In this document: positions 1 through 10,124 of the stretch, piece after piece
Position numbering within the stretch: the first letter of the stretch is position 1
Layout: each line of letters opens with the position of its first letter
DNA from: Ignavibacteria bacterium UBA6688
GTDB taxonomy: Bacteria > Bacteroidota > Ignavibacteria > UBA10030
Reading direction: 5' to 3'
Assembly (NCBI GenBank): GCA_002454845.1
Contig: DKJQ01000037.1
Location: forward strand, 1 to 35,929
Length of the DNA stretch: 35,929 nucleotides
Program-made: the position numbers and the translations under genes
The notes under the pieces: generated by a model
Told to the model about the DNA's origin: nothing
Seen by the model: the letters and a program-made list of their open reading frames with translations, nothing else
Databases searched by the model: none

Positions 1-90
1 GGCACGTGGCGAAGCCATCCCTCTGGGACAGGCGTGTGGCATCGGTGGTTCAATAATCCCAACGAATGAAAGCCGGAGCTCATGCCGGAA

Positions 91-1188
91 TTATGAGTTG
101 AATACTGTCTGGAGCGCCTGGGCAAACCGTTCCATCCCTTCATCCGTGCCGATCGAGACCCGGCACCAGTCGTTGAAAGGAGGGAAGGGGCGGGCGACCA
201 GAATGCCCTGTTCCTGCATGGAAGTCCTGAACTGCTCGATAGACCGGCCGGTTTGAAAAAACACAAAATTCCCTTCCGAGCGGAGGTAACGATGTCCCGT
301 TCGATCGAGGAGCGCATACAAAGCTTCCTTGCCCTGCTGTGTTCTTCGCTTGCTGATGGATTGATAGGCTGCATCGTGGTAACTCGCGATGGCTCCGCGC
401 AATCCGACAACATTCACGCTTCCCGTCCGATGCTGTGCAAGGGTTCTTATGATATCCGGTCGGGCGATCCCGAAGCCGATGCGGAGGCCGGCAAGAGCGT
501 GAATCTTCGATGCAGTTCGGGAAACGATCACGTTGCGCCCCTCGCGAACCAGTTCGACCATCGTCCGGTGGGTCGGGGAATCCACGAACTCATGATACGC
601 CTCATCGACATACACGACGGTCCGTCCGGAAGCGTCCTCACAGAATGTGCGCAGCGCTGAGCCGTCGACCAACACGCCGGTGGGGTTGTTGGGGTTGCAG
701 ATGTACACCAGCGATGTCTTTGAGGAAATGCGCCGGCTCATTTCTTTGAGATCCTGGTTCATCCGGTCATCGAGGGGAACGCGATGAATCGTTGCACCCA
801 CCGTCGTTGCGTATTGCTGTAGCTGTTCGAATGTGGGTTGTGGCGCGAGGATCTCTCCGCCATCCCTCCCATAGATGAGTCCGGCCACGTTCAGGATCTC
901 CCCAGAACCGGATCCGATCACGATGTGATCGGGGGGAATGTCTTCCTGCTCGGCAATCAGTTTCCGCAATTCCTGGTACGGGATGCCCCTATAGAGATGG
1001 CTTTCGTCAAATGCTTCCGCCATGGCTTTGCGCGCCGCGGGAGAGGGGCCGTACGGATTTTCGTTGAGGTTCAGACGAACAAGGTCACGGTCTCCCCTTT
1101 TCAGCAATGAAGGGGCGGATTGGCAGCCGGCCACCACGGCATAGACTGCCGCTGCACCGCTCCGAGTCAACCATTCCCGTCTGTCCAT
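91..1188 (-). CDS. HisC-like PLP-dependent aminotransferase (class I/II) with twin-arginine (Tat) signal peptide and possible lipobox
   Basis: Motifs LNLNENPYGPSP, YICNPNNPTG, VDEAY, SRTASKIHALAGLRIG (PLP lysine) and CRVSIGT. N-terminus MDRREWL...AVVAGC is a Tat motif followed by a lipobox-like Cys. Start is ATG 1188 (alternative 1200), directly after the upstream stop at 1191. Confidence 0.85.
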   Translation of the reverse strand: MDRREWLTRSGAAAVYAVVAGCQSAPSLLKRGDRDLVRLNLNENPYGPSPAARKAMAEAFDESHLYRGIPYQELRKLIAEQEDIPPDHIVIGSGSGEILNVAGLIYGRDGGEILAPQPTFEQLQQYATTVGATIHRVPLDDRMNQDLKEMSRRISSKTSLVYICNPNNPTGVLVDGSALRTFCEDASGRTVVYVDEAYHEFVDSPTHRTMVELVREGRNVIVSRTASKIHALAGLRIGFGIARPDIIRTLAQHRTGSVNVVGLRGAIASYHDAAYQSISKRRTQQGKEALYALLDRTGHRYLRSEGNFVFFQTGRSIEQFRTSMQEQGILVARPFPPFNDWCRVSIGTDEGMERFAQALQTVFNS

Positions 1189-1190
1189 CG

Positions 1191-2396
1191 TTACCGGCAT
1201 GTCTCGCTGACCACCTGTCCGTTCACAATCACAGCACACACGTGACTTGTATATTCAAACGGATCGCCGTCAAAGACCACGACATCGCCGTCTTTGCCCG
1301 CTTCCAGGGAGCCAACGCGCTTGTCAACCCCGATGATCTTCGCAGCACCGATGGTAATGGAAGCCAGTGCATCCTGGAACGAGAGTCCGTTGGAGGCTGC
1401 TATTGCCGCTTCATACAGCACGAGGCGGGTTTTGGGAACATAGCCTTCATAGCCGCTCTGAATGGCGAAGGGGATTCCCTGCTTCTGGAGTGACGAGGCG
1501 GTTTCCATGGAGACGTTCCGTGCATCTCCCCCCGGCCTGATCATCGTGGGGTGAAGGATGACGGAGACGCCGGCTTTCTTGATCTCGTCGATCACGAGGT
1601 ATGCTTCAGCCGCCCCATCCAGGACCATCTTGAAACCGAATTCCTTCGCCAGACGCAGCGCACTCATGATATCCGTTGCCTTCTGAGCAGTGAAAAGGAC
1701 TTTCGTTTGTCCGGACAATACGCGGACAAGCATTTCCAACTTGAGGTCCACACCAGGACGTTTCTCCGCATCCTTGTTCCCTTTGCGCTTCAGATAATCC
1801 TGGGCTTTCAGGAATTCGGAGCGGATCATCGCCACGGACTTTGCGCTGGTGCCGGGCGAGCGGAAATTCTGGGAGACGGATTCGCCGAGCGTGAATGCCA
1901 CCATCCCCGAATCGATCAAGGCCTCATTCACCGTCCCGCCGACGGTTTTGACGACAATCGTGGTTCCGCTGGCGAGTGCGCCCGGTCCATGCCCTGTATG
2001 AAGGGTGGTTACTCCCATGGTCCGAAGCCATTCGACGAGTGCCTCCCGAGCATTGTATGCATCGATGGCGCGCAGCTCCGGCTGCATGGGCTCCGATTTC
2101 TCGAGCTGCATCTGATCGTGAGTCTGGTTCAGCATTCCGGCAAGCCCGACCACCGAGTGGGCGTCGACGAGTCCGGGAGTGACAACCTTGCCCGATAGAA
2201 CCTTGTAGCCGTTCGGGACTTGCACCTGTGAGGCAGGCCCAACCCGTTCAATCTTCCCCCCTTTGATCAAGACGATGCCGTTCGTGATCGGCGATCCGGA
2301 CATCGTATGGACCGTCTCACCCTTGATGGCGACCTGTGCCGTGAGGGAGGAGACGATGATGAGGCACAGTACCGTCATGCTTTGGATTCTTTTCAT
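1191..2396 (-). CDS. Amidohydrolase-superfamily protein, exported, metal ligands degenerate (probable non-catalytic subunit)
   Basis: VTPGLVDAHSVVG, GVTT, ITIGAAKIIGVDKRVGSLEAGKDGDVVVFDGDP. Sec signal MKRIQ...SLTA-Q. ATG 2396 overlaps the upstream TGA (ATGA). Confidence 0.85.
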   Translation of the reverse strand: MKRIQSMTVLCLIIVSSLTAQVAIKGETVHTMSGSPITNGIVLIKGGKIERVGPASQVQVPNGYKVLSGKVVTPGLVDAHSVVGLAGMLNQTHDQMQLEKSEPMQPELRAIDAYNAREALVEWLRTMGVTTLHTGHGPGALASGTTIVVKTVGGTVNEALIDSGMVAFTLGESVSQNFRSPGTSAKSVAMIRSEFLKAQDYLKRKGNKDAEKRPGVDLKLEMLVRVLSGQTKVLFTAQKATDIMSALRLAKEFGFKMVLDGAAEAYLVIDEIKKAGVSVILHPTMIRPGGDARNVSMETASSLQKQGIPFAIQSGYEGYVPKTRLVLYEAAIAASNGLSFQDALASITIGAAKIIGVDKRVGSLEAGKDGDVVVFDGDPFEYTSHVCAVIVNGQVVSETCR

Positions 2397-3700
2397 TCCA
2401 CACCTCCTTCGCACGCGTCCATGTACAGGGAGCGGCGGAAGACCTCGTATCCCCCGACGGCCATTTTATGATCTTCGGGATCGGAGCGGTCGAACATCTT
2501 ATTCCCTTCAACCCAGGTCTGCTCGACATGGGTATAGACACTGAACGGGTCGCCCGAAAGGACAAGGAAATCCGCATCCTTTCCCGGCTTGAGAGAGCCG
2601 ACGCGATCATCAAGTTCCAGCATCTTCGCTCCTGCGATCGTCAGCCCTTCCAGGGCCTTCCCGCGTGACATCCCCGCCCGTACGGCGAGGGCCGCCATGC
2701 GGAGAAACAGCCGTGAGTCGGTGATGCCGTCGTCCGTGTGGAATCCGACGAGCGCCCCCGCTTTTTCCAGTTCCACGCCGTTCTCATTCCGGATATCCGT
2801 TGTTTCAAGCTTTCCGCCGGGAGAGTCGATCAGGATGATGGAAGAGGGGACCCCGGACTCCGCGATCTCCTTCGCGACCTTCCATGCTTCGCTGACGTGC
2901 TGAAGGACGACCCGGAAGCCAAACTCTTTTGCCAGTCGCAATACCGTCATGATATCGTCGTGCCGGTGCGTATGATGGTGCACGACCCGCTTTCCTTCGA
3001 GCACCTGGACGAGCGCTTCCATTTCGAGTTCCCTCTTCGGCATTTTGTCCGGATTGCCGGCGGCGGCCTTGACCTTCGCCTGGTAGTCCTGGGCTTTCAG
3101 GAACAGTTGTCGCACCAACGCCGCGGATTTTGCCCGTGTGCCGGGGAACGGTTTCTCGCCGATGGAATTTGTCCCATTCGCCATTTTCATCCCTCCACAG
3201 ATACCGTTCACCGGATCGGGACAGAAGAGCATGTCATAGATGGTGTTGGCCGGTCGGATTTTGAGATAGGCGGTCTGACCGCTCATCAAATGACCCGAGC
3301 CCGGCATGACGTTCACGGTCGTAATGCCTCCAGCGAGAGCTTTCCGGAATCCTTTGCTTCGCACGTCGATTGCGTCGATGATCCTCACCTCCGGATGAAG
3401 AGCATTGGATCGGTCGCCTCCCGATCCATCCCCAACGTGGGAATGGGTGTCCACAAGTCCCGGCATGACAACCTTGCCTTTGACATCATGGATCACAGCG
3501 TTTGCCGGAAGAGAAACAGACCCGGTTCTGCCCAGAGCCACAACTTTTCCCCCCTGGACCACAAGCGTTCCGTCCTCGATGGGCTCCCCGCCGATCGGGT
3601 AGATAGTCGCTCCCCGAAACGCCTGAGGGATCTCCTGTGCGGGTGCAAGTGAGGCGACGGTGACAAAGAGAATGAAGGCTAACAACCTCCGTTGGTGCAT
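2393..3700 (-). CDS. Amidohydrolase-superfamily metallohydrolase, exported
   Basis: MPGLVDTHSH, GGITTVNVMPGS, KMANG, HTHRHDD, LQHVSE, FHTDD, GSLKPGKDADF. Signal peptide MHQRR...APA-Q. GGAGGAG RBS before ATG 3700. Confidence 0.9.
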   Translation of the reverse strand: MHQRRLLAFILFVTVASLAPAQEIPQAFRGATIYPIGGEPIEDGTLVVQGGKVVALGRTGSVSLPANAVIHDVKGKVVMPGLVDTHSHVGDGSGGDRSNALHPEVRIIDAIDVRSKGFRKALAGGITTVNVMPGSGHLMSGQTAYLKIRPANTIYDMLFCPDPVNGICGGMKMANGTNSIGEKPFPGTRAKSAALVRQLFLKAQDYQAKVKAAAGNPDKMPKRELEMEALVQVLEGKRVVHHHTHRHDDIMTVLRLAKEFGFRVVLQHVSEAWKVAKEIAESGVPSSIILIDSPGGKLETTDIRNENGVELEKAGALVGFHTDDGITDSRLFLRMAALAVRAGMSRGKALEGLTIAGAKMLELDDRVGSLKPGKDADFLVLSGDPFSVYTHVEQTWVEGNKMFDRSDPEDHKMAVGGYEVFRRSLYMDACEGGVE

Positions 3701-3777
3701 CGTTGTGCTCCTCCGTGGTGAGTGGTGCGAAAAAAACCTCAAGAGACCCATGGAAGGGCTCTCATCAAACAAAATTG

Positions 3778-4935
3778 TTACGCTCCGCCGGAATGAATGA
3801 CGCCATCCCCGAATTTCTTCCGGAGCCTATCGACCGCCGTCAGTGCTTTGCCACGTTTCTCCTCGAAGGGGATGAGCAGGAGTTCCTGTTGGGGTTCGTA
3901 TTCGAAATTCGTGAGTCGTACGCCAAGCAATCGCAGCGCCATCGGCCGGGTGTATCCGTGTTGGAGCAAAGCTCGCACGATCCTGAACACAACCGCATCG
4001 TCGTTGGTGGGTGGGATGGACTCCGACCGGGTTATGGTTTTGAAATCGCTGTAGCGAAGTTTGAGAGTCACGGTCTTCGACTTCCATCCGCGCGAGCGCA
4101 TGGTGAAGCAAACTCCTTCCACGAGTGAGAAGAGTTTTTTCTCCAGGTCGATCCGGTCGGCGATATCGTGCGAAAAGGTTTCCTCACTGCTGATCCCCTT
4201 GCGCACATGACTCTCATGCACCGTGGTCGAACCCATGCCCCGGGCGACGTCGTGAATCCAGAAGCCGTGTTTGCCAAGAAGGGCGGTCACCTGCTCGCGC
4301 GGGACGGCTTGAAGGTCCGCCAAAACCCTGAATCCTCTTCTCTTGAGAATCTCCTCCGTTTTCTTCCCGACGCCGGGGATCACCTCCACAGGGAGCGGGG
4401 CGAGAAATTCCCGTTCCTTTCCGTGCGGCACATGAAGAACGCCATTCGGCTTCACCGTGCCTGCTGCGATCTTCGCGAGCGTTTTGTTGGAGGCAAGAGC
4501 GATGGTGCAGGGGAGTTTGAATTCATCCCAAACGAGTTTCTTGAGTTTCTTCGTGAACCCGGGAAGGTCGTTGTTGTAGAGCGACTCGCAGCCTGTAAGG
4601 TCAAAGTACATTTCGTCAATCGATGCCCTTTCCACAAGAGGGGAAAGTTCCTTCATCCTCCGGTAGAGGTCGTCGGAGTACATCCCGTAATCGTCAAAAT
4701 GGCTCCTGACCACAATCGCTTGAGGACACAGGCGCAACGCTTTTCCGGTGGGCATTGCAGACCGGACACCAAATGCCCGCGCTTCGTATGATGCGGACGC
4801 CACAACGCCGCGTCCCGAAGGTGATCCACCGACGATCACCGGCTTGCCGTTGAGCGACGGATCCCTGATCCGCTCCACGGAAACATAGAAACAGTCGAGA
4901 TCGAGATGAGCAATGTATTCCAAACGGGCTGCCAA
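3778..4935 (-). CDS. dinB: DNA polymerase IV (Y-family)
   Basis: IAHLDLDCFYVSVE, RGVVASASYEARAFGVRSAMP, SIDEMYFD, KPNG, IPGVGKKT and a C-terminal little-finger domain. TTG start. Confidence 0.95.
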   Translation of the reverse strand: MAARLEYIAHLDLDCFYVSVERIRDPSLNGKPVIVGGSPSGRGVVASASYEARAFGVRSAMPTGKALRLCPQAIVVRSHFDDYGMYSDDLYRRMKELSPLVERASIDEMYFDLTGCESLYNNDLPGFTKKLKKLVWDEFKLPCTIALASNKTLAKIAAGTVKPNGVLHVPHGKEREFLAPLPVEVIPGVGKKTEEILKRRGFRVLADLQAVPREQVTALLGKHGFWIHDVARGMGSTTVHESHVRKGISSEETFSHDIADRIDLEKKLFSLVEGVCFTMRSRGWKSKTVTLKLRYSDFKTITRSESIPPTNDDAVVFRIVRALLQHGYTRPMALRLLGVRLTNFEYEPQQELLLIPFEEKRGKALTAVDRLRKKFGDGVIHSGGA

Positions 4936-4980
4936 GGGTCAAATGACGGATGGTTCGGTCGCTGCTTCAAAAACTTGAAA

Positions 4981-5009
4981 AGTCTAACCATTTTCAGTCA
5001 GAGAAACAA
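4981..5009 (-). promoter_or_regulatory. Putative sigma70-type promoter for dinB
   Basis: Minus strand TTGTTT-17 nt-TAGACT, about 45 nt upstream of the dinB start. Confidence 0.4.
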
Positions 5010-5042
5010 GGGAGAATATTGTCGGAGTCCCTGCCTGACGGC

Positions 5043-6113
5043 TCACGAAGGAGCCTTTGCCGTTTGCCTGAAAGTGGTGAGCTTGTACCCCCTTTGGAGC
5101 AATGCCGCCCGATGCCGTTCCACAAAGCTGACGATGGATTCGATTGGCAGGACATGGGTAATGCCATACTGAATATCGCGCTTCCGGTCGATGAACATGG
5201 GTCCATCGTACGGATCGTTCGGACTGTAGTTCAATTCACCGACGGAAGGGGAAGGGACGAGGGCATGCCAGGTCTGGCCGGAGAGGGTGCTCACCATGCC
5301 GACGAGCTCGAAGTTCGGTACCCCATCCCGGATGGCAAGTGCAATCCCTCCGCTCGCTCCCCCGGCAAGAACCGCATCGATCAGAAACGAACCCTGCCGG
5401 TCTCTGTTCGGGCTGCTGACGATCCCCTTCGTGACGATCTTATACCCGGCAGGATAGCCGAACAGATAGACGAACGTACCCCACTCCAAATCCCTTGCCT
5501 TGCCGACGGGATACTTGAAGACGGAAAAGGGAATCGGGGGCTGCTCTTCCAGAGAGGCGCCGATCAGGGCGATATCAGATTGCCGGTCCATGGCAAGGAT
5601 GCGAAGTGTTCCACCCTGAAGGAATGACCCCAAAAAAATCGCCTGGTTCGTCTTCAGGGCGATATTCTTGATGTAGGGAGATGGTTTCTTGTCTTCCCCC
5701 GCGTAGTAGGTGATGAGGGTGTCGGCAAAGTCGACGATGTGCGCGGAAGTCAGCAACGCGATCTGACGTCCTTCATACGCGACGACGGTTGCGGTTCCGG
5801 CGACCTCACTGTTTGTGAGAAAACTCGCCTTCTCTGTCACGCGTAACAACGCGGGGGTGATCCGGTCGAGCGTAACCCCTTCCTCGGGTGGGAAGTAATA
5901 CGTTCTATATGAAGTCATGGTGTTAATGCGCTGCACGCTCTCCCCGATCTGCTCAAGCTGTTCGGAGCATGCCTGGTAGGGGAATTCCGAGTCGTACCGC
6001 CCATCCATCAACGTCGGGTACATTTCTTTATAGATGGCCGAGGTGCAGGAAACAAAGAGGAAGAGGAAACTCAGGAGAACGATGTGCAGGATACACGTGA
6101 GTCGATGGGTCAT
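5043..6113 (-). CDS. Trypsin-like (S1) serine protease, probable lipoprotein
   Basis: Triad motifs LLTSAHIV (His), SDIALI (Asp), LAGGASGG (Ser); FGYPAG; VTKGIVS. Hydrophobic N-terminus ending FVSC. CAGGAGG RBS before ATG 6113. Confidence 0.75.
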   Translation of the reverse strand: MTHRLTCILHIVLLSFLFLFVSCTSAIYKEMYPTLMDGRYDSEFPYQACSEQLEQIGESVQRINTMTSYRTYYFPPEEGVTLDRITPALLRVTEKASFLTNSEVAGTATVVAYEGRQIALLTSAHIVDFADTLITYYAGEDKKPSPYIKNIALKTNQAIFLGSFLQGGTLRILAMDRQSDIALIGASLEEQPPIPFSVFKYPVGKARDLEWGTFVYLFGYPAGYKIVTKGIVSSPNRDRQGSFLIDAVLAGGASGGIALAIRDGVPNFELVGMVSTLSGQTWHALVPSPSVGELNYSPNDPYDGPMFIDRKRDIQYGITHVLPIESIVSFVERHRAALLQRGYKLTTFRQTAKAPS

Positions 6114-6178
6114 GGCAACCTCCTGGTTCACGGGCCGGTTGCCGGAGGCACTTCCGGCGGGTGAACGGTTATGGACGA

Positions 6179-6589
6179 CTAATCCGGATAGACGAATGAA
6201 AGGTCAAGTGTGATATCCGGGTGAATGCTTCGTGCCACGGGGCACGTCCGGGCAATATGTTCGAGTCGGCTTCGTTGATCGGGTGACAGGCCGGGGGGAA
6301 AGTCGATCCGGACGAGGATCCGTGCGACCCGGCGCGGGGGATCCTGGCTCATATGTTTTTCCGCATAGACTGTCGTTCCGTCCATGCCGATTCCCTCCTT
6401 CTGTGCAGCGATCCCCATGGTCGTGACCTGGCAACTCATCAGGGACGTGACCAGGAGATCGGTGGGAGAGAAACTCTCGCCGCGGCCGTGGTTATCGGTC
6501 GGCGCATCCGTGATGAATTCCACTTCGCTGGGGCCATGCGTTGCCTTGCACCGCAGACGGCCGAGATAAGTGAGAGATTGAGGGACCAT
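6179..6589 (-). CDS. OsmC/Ohr family protein
   Basis: TDAPTDNHGRGESFSPTDLLVTSLMSC ... ARTCPVARSI, with both conserved Cys. The real start is ATG 6589; the longer ORF overlaps lysE. Confidence 0.9.
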   Translation of the reverse strand: MVPQSLTYLGRLRCKATHGPSEVEFITDAPTDNHGRGESFSPTDLLVTSLMSCQVTTMGIAAQKEGIGMDGTTVYAEKHMSQDPPRRVARILVRIDFPPGLSPDQRSRLEHIARTCPVARSIHPDITLDLSFVYPD

Positions 6590-6606
6590 GGGGATCAGTT
6601 TCCTTA

Positions 6607-7233
6607 CTATCGCTCGGCTACTGCCAGCCGTATTCCCAGACCAATAAGAATGCCACCGGCTAACCGTTGGAAGAATTGAGCGTACCGTGGTCGATGCCTC
6701 AGCCATCCTCCAACAGTCCCGGAAAAATATCCAACCATGAACAAGAAACACAGCCCAAAGCAGGCAAACGTTAATCCCAAAATGATCATTTGCATCGTAC
6801 CGTGGCTGCTTCCTTTATCAATAAACTGCGGTAGAAATGCCAAAAAGAAAATGCCGATTTTAGGATTGAGTACATTGGATAACACGCCCTGCCAGAAAAG
6901 TGTATGGGATTTCACGATCAAAGCAGGTGTTTCCAGGCTGAAAGTGCTCTTCTCCCGCCAGGCCTTGATACCGAGATACACCAAATAAGCTGCACCAACA
7001 TACTTCACCAGGAGAAAAGCGAACACGGAGGTCTGGAGGATGAGCGTGAGCCCGAATGCCGCGGCGGTCGTATGAACCAGAATCCCGCAAACGACGCCGA
7101 TTGCGGACAGGATACCCGCTCTGCGTCCATGAGCCATCCCGCGGGTAATCACATAGAACATGTCGGGACCTGGGGCAATGATCAATGCCCACGAGACGCC
7201 GATGAATAAAGCAAATTTTGCAGGATCAATCAT
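6607..7233 (-). CDS. LysE/RhtB family amino-acid efflux translocator
   Basis: IIAPGPDM...GRRAGI...G, VKYVGAAYLVYLGIK, FWQGVLSNVLNPKIGIFFLAFLPQF; multiple TM segments. Confidence 0.92.
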   Translation of the reverse strand: MIDPAKFALFIGVSWALIIAPGPDMFYVITRGMAHGRRAGILSAIGVVCGILVHTTAAAFGLTLILQTSVFAFLLVKYVGAAYLVYLGIKAWREKSTFSLETPALIVKSHTLFWQGVLSNVLNPKIGIFFLAFLPQFIDKGSSHGTMQMIILGLTFACFGLCFLFMVGYFSGTVGGWLRHRPRYAQFFQRLAGGILIGLGIRLAVAER

Positions 7234-7332
7234 CTATTCATCCATCAGGAGTTTTGCTCAGGATAATGCATCTTCGCTGTCAGTGTTCGGAACGAGCGTC
7301 GGCGCGGAGCGGCATTCTCTTCCGACCTCCTG

Positions 7333-10053
7333 TCAGGCATCGAGTTGCTCCATGTTGAGGCGTAACTTGTCAATGCTTGAATGAAAGTTCTCCATCTTCT
7401 CACGTTCCTTCTGAACAACCTCCTGCGGTGCGCGATCGACGAACTGGGAATTGCTGAGTTTCTTCCTGATGCCCTCCACCGCAGACTCAAGCCGCGCAAT
7501 CTCCTTCTCCAACCGTGCGCGCTCCGCACCGGGATCGATCAATCCCTCCAACGGGACAAAGACTTCCGTACCTTGCACCACGGCGCTGGAAGCGAGCTTC
7601 GGCTTCACACCGGACTCGATCGTCTCGATCGAAGAAACACGGGCGAGCTTCTTCAGGTATTTCTCGTACGTTGCGAAGACGGCGAGGTTCCCGGGATTTC
7701 CTGACCGGATCAGGACGGCAATTTCCCTGGAAGGGGGGATGTTGTTTTCCCCCCGGATATTACGGACGGCGCTGATGACATTTTGAACGAAGGCCATATC
7801 CTCTTCCGTCCTGCCATCGATCCACTTTTCATCGAGGGTCGGAAACTCGCTCCGCATCAGGGAGGCACCATTACGGTCCGCAAGATGCTGCCACAGTTCC
7901 TCGCTGATGAACGGCATGACGGGATGGAGCAATCGGAGCGCACGGTCGAACACCCAGAGCGCGCGTGAGATCACGACGCGTTTCACCTCGACTGGTTCCT
8001 CACCATAGAAACGCGTCTTTGCAAGCTCGATATACCAGTCGCAGAAGTCGTGCCAGATGAAATCGTAGATGATCTTCGTGGCTTCGTTGACATGGAATGC
8101 GTTCAGCGACGTGTCGAAATCCCTGATGGCATGGTTCAGGCGGGAGAGAATCCACCGATCGGCAAGATCCAGGTGCTCGGTCGGCAGCGCGACAAGATCC
8201 GATTGCGTTTCTGTCGGACCTCCAAGTTCCGCTTTGTTCATCAGGAGGAACCGGCCGGCATTCCAGAGCTTGTTGGCAAAATTGCGTCCGATCTCGCACT
8301 TCTCAGAGGAGAAGAGGACATCCTGCCCCAACGGGGCCAGGTAGGCAATGGTAAACCGTAGTGCATCGGCTCCGTATTCGTTGATGACGTCCAGCGGGTC
8401 GGGGGAGTTGCCGAGCGATTTGCTCATCTTCCGTCCCTGCGCGTCGCGGATGATGCTGGTAAAATAGACGTCGCGGAACGGTATAAGATTCTCTTCCTTC
8501 CTTCGCGGTTTACCGTCGGAACCCGGTTCCCCCTTCATGAATTCGAGGTTCGCCATGATCATCCGTGCCACCCAGAAGAAAATGATATCGGGACCGGTGA
8601 CAAGGGTATCGGTTGGATTGAAGTAGCGCAGGTCTGCATTGTCCTTCGGCCAGCCAAGCGTGGAGAAAGGCCAGAGCCAGGAAGAGAACCACGTATCGAG
8701 CACATCGTCATCCTGCCTCAGGGGGACGGAACCGTCGATTCCCAATCTGGTTCTCGCCTCCGCTTCATTGCGCGCCGCGGTGAAATTCCCGTCGGGCGTA
8801 TAGTACACGGGAATCCGGTGTCCCCACCAGATCTGTCGCGAGATGCACCAGTCGCGAATGTTGGTCATCCAATGCTCGTACACCTTTTCCCATCGTTGCG
8901 GATGGAAGCGTACTTTTCCTTCATGAACCACGCGCAGAGCGGGAGCCGCGAGCGGTTTCATTTTGACGAACCACTGGTCGGAGAGGTAGGGTTCGATCAC
9001 GGTTTGGCAGCGATAACATTTTCCCACGTTGTGCAGGTGAGGTTCCACCTTCACGAGGAATTTTTGTGCCTCAAGGTCCTTCACCACCTGCTTCCGGCAC
9101 TCGAAGCGGTCGAGCCCTTCGTATTGTTTTGGGACCGATTCGTTCAGGTGGGCACTCTCATCGAATATGTTGATTTGCGGCAGCTCGTGGCGCTGTCCCA
9201 TCAGGAAGTCGTTCGGATCGTGGGCCGGTGTGACCTTCACCATGCCGGTGCCGAACTGTATGTCGACAAATTCGTCAGCGATGATCGGAATTTTGCGCCC
9301 GACCAGGGGGAGGGTAGCCTGTTTGCCGATGAGTTTCTTGTACCGCTCGTCCTTCGGATGAACGGCGATCGCCGTATCCCCCAGCATAGTCTCAGGGCGG
9401 GTCGTGGCAACCACGGCAAACTCATTGGTCCCATCAATCGAGTAGCGAATATGCCACAGGTTGCCGCTGGATTCGGTGTAGTCCACCTCGTCGTCGCTCA
9501 GGGCCGTTTGATGGAAGGGGCACCAGTTGACAATATATTTTCCCCGGTAGATGAGCCCCCGGTCGTACATCCTCACAAAAACTTCCTTCACGGCTTCCGA
9601 AAGTCCCTCGTCCATCGTGAACCGCTCACGGCGCCAGTCGCATGACACGCCGAGCTTGCGAAGTTGCTGGACGATCCTGTCCCCGTATTGGCCTTTCCAC
9701 TCCCAAACCCGCTCGACGAATTTCTCACGGCCGAGCTGATGGCGATTCGTTCCTTCCCGGGCGAGGGCTTTCTCAACGACGTTTTGCGTCGCAATGCCCG
9801 CATGGTCGGTCCCGGGTATCCAGCATGCTTCGAATCCTTGCATGCGTTTCCACCGGATGAGGATGTCCTGGATGGTGTTGTTCAGGACATGACCCATGGT
9901 GAGGATGCCGGTGACGTTGGGAGGAGGGATGACGATCGTGTAGGGAGTTTTGCCCGGGTGGACCTCAGCATGGAAATGACCGTTCGCTTCCCATGCCGGG
10001 TACCACTTTTCTTCAACCTCTTTTGGAGTGTACGCTTTCGGAAGTTCTTGCAT
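7333..10053 (-). CDS. valS: Valine--tRNA ligase
   Basis: [61 protein letters not shown] and C-terminal coiled coil. Start ATG 10053 (MQELPKAY). Confidence 0.98.
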   Translation of the reverse strand: MQELPKAYTPKEVEEKWYPAWEANGHFHAEVHPGKTPYTIVIPPPNVTGILTMGHVLNNTIQDILIRWKRMQGFEACWIPGTDHAGIATQNVVEKALAREGTNRHQLGREKFVERVWEWKGQYGDRIVQQLRKLGVSCDWRRERFTMDEGLSEAVKEVFVRMYDRGLIYRGKYIVNWCPFHQTALSDDEVDYTESSGNLWHIRYSIDGTNEFAVVATTRPETMLGDTAIAVHPKDERYKKLIGKQATLPLVGRKIPIIADEFVDIQFGTGMVKVTPAHDPNDFLMGQRHELPQINIFDESAHLNESVPKQYEGLDRFECRKQVVKDLEAQKFLVKVEPHLHNVGKCYRCQTVIEPYLSDQWFVKMKPLAAPALRVVHEGKVRFHPQRWEKVYEHWMTNIRDWCISRQIWWGHRIPVYYTPDGNFTAARNEAEARTRLGIDGSVPLRQDDDVLDTWFSSWLWPFSTLGWPKDNADLRYFNPTDTLVTGPDIIFFWVARMIMANLEFMKGEPGSDGKPRRKEENLIPFRDVYFTSIIRDAQGRKMSKSLGNSPDPLDVINEYGADALRFTIAYLAPLGQDVLFSSEKCEIGRNFANKLWNAGRFLLMNKAELGGPTETQSDLVALPTEHLDLADRWILSRLNHAIRDFDTSLNAFHVNEATKIIYDFIWHDFCDWYIELAKTRFYGEEPVEVKRVVISRALWVFDRALRLLHPVMPFISEELWQHLADRNGASLMRSEFPTLDEKWIDGRTEEDMAFVQNVISAVRNIRGENNIPPSREIAVLIRSGNPGNLAVFATYEKYLKKLARVSSIETIESGVKPKLASSAVVQGTEVFVPLEGLIDPGAERARLEKEIARLESAVEGIRKKLSNSQFVDRAPQEVVQKEREKMENFHSSIDKLRLNMEQLDA

Positions 10054-10124
10054 GACGGTTCGGATAAACAAAAAGGTAGCTCTACAGGCTACCCGGTTGA
10101 GGAATGGACGCGTATCGATCAGGC

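Noticed and set aside
1-90. Possible start of a further minus-strand gene at ATG 83
   Set aside because: Only 27 codons are visible at the window edge, with no recognisable motif.
91-1188. Calling this gene hisC
   Set aside because: The Tat/lipoprotein signal and lack of his genes argue against the cytoplasmic histidine-pathway enzyme.
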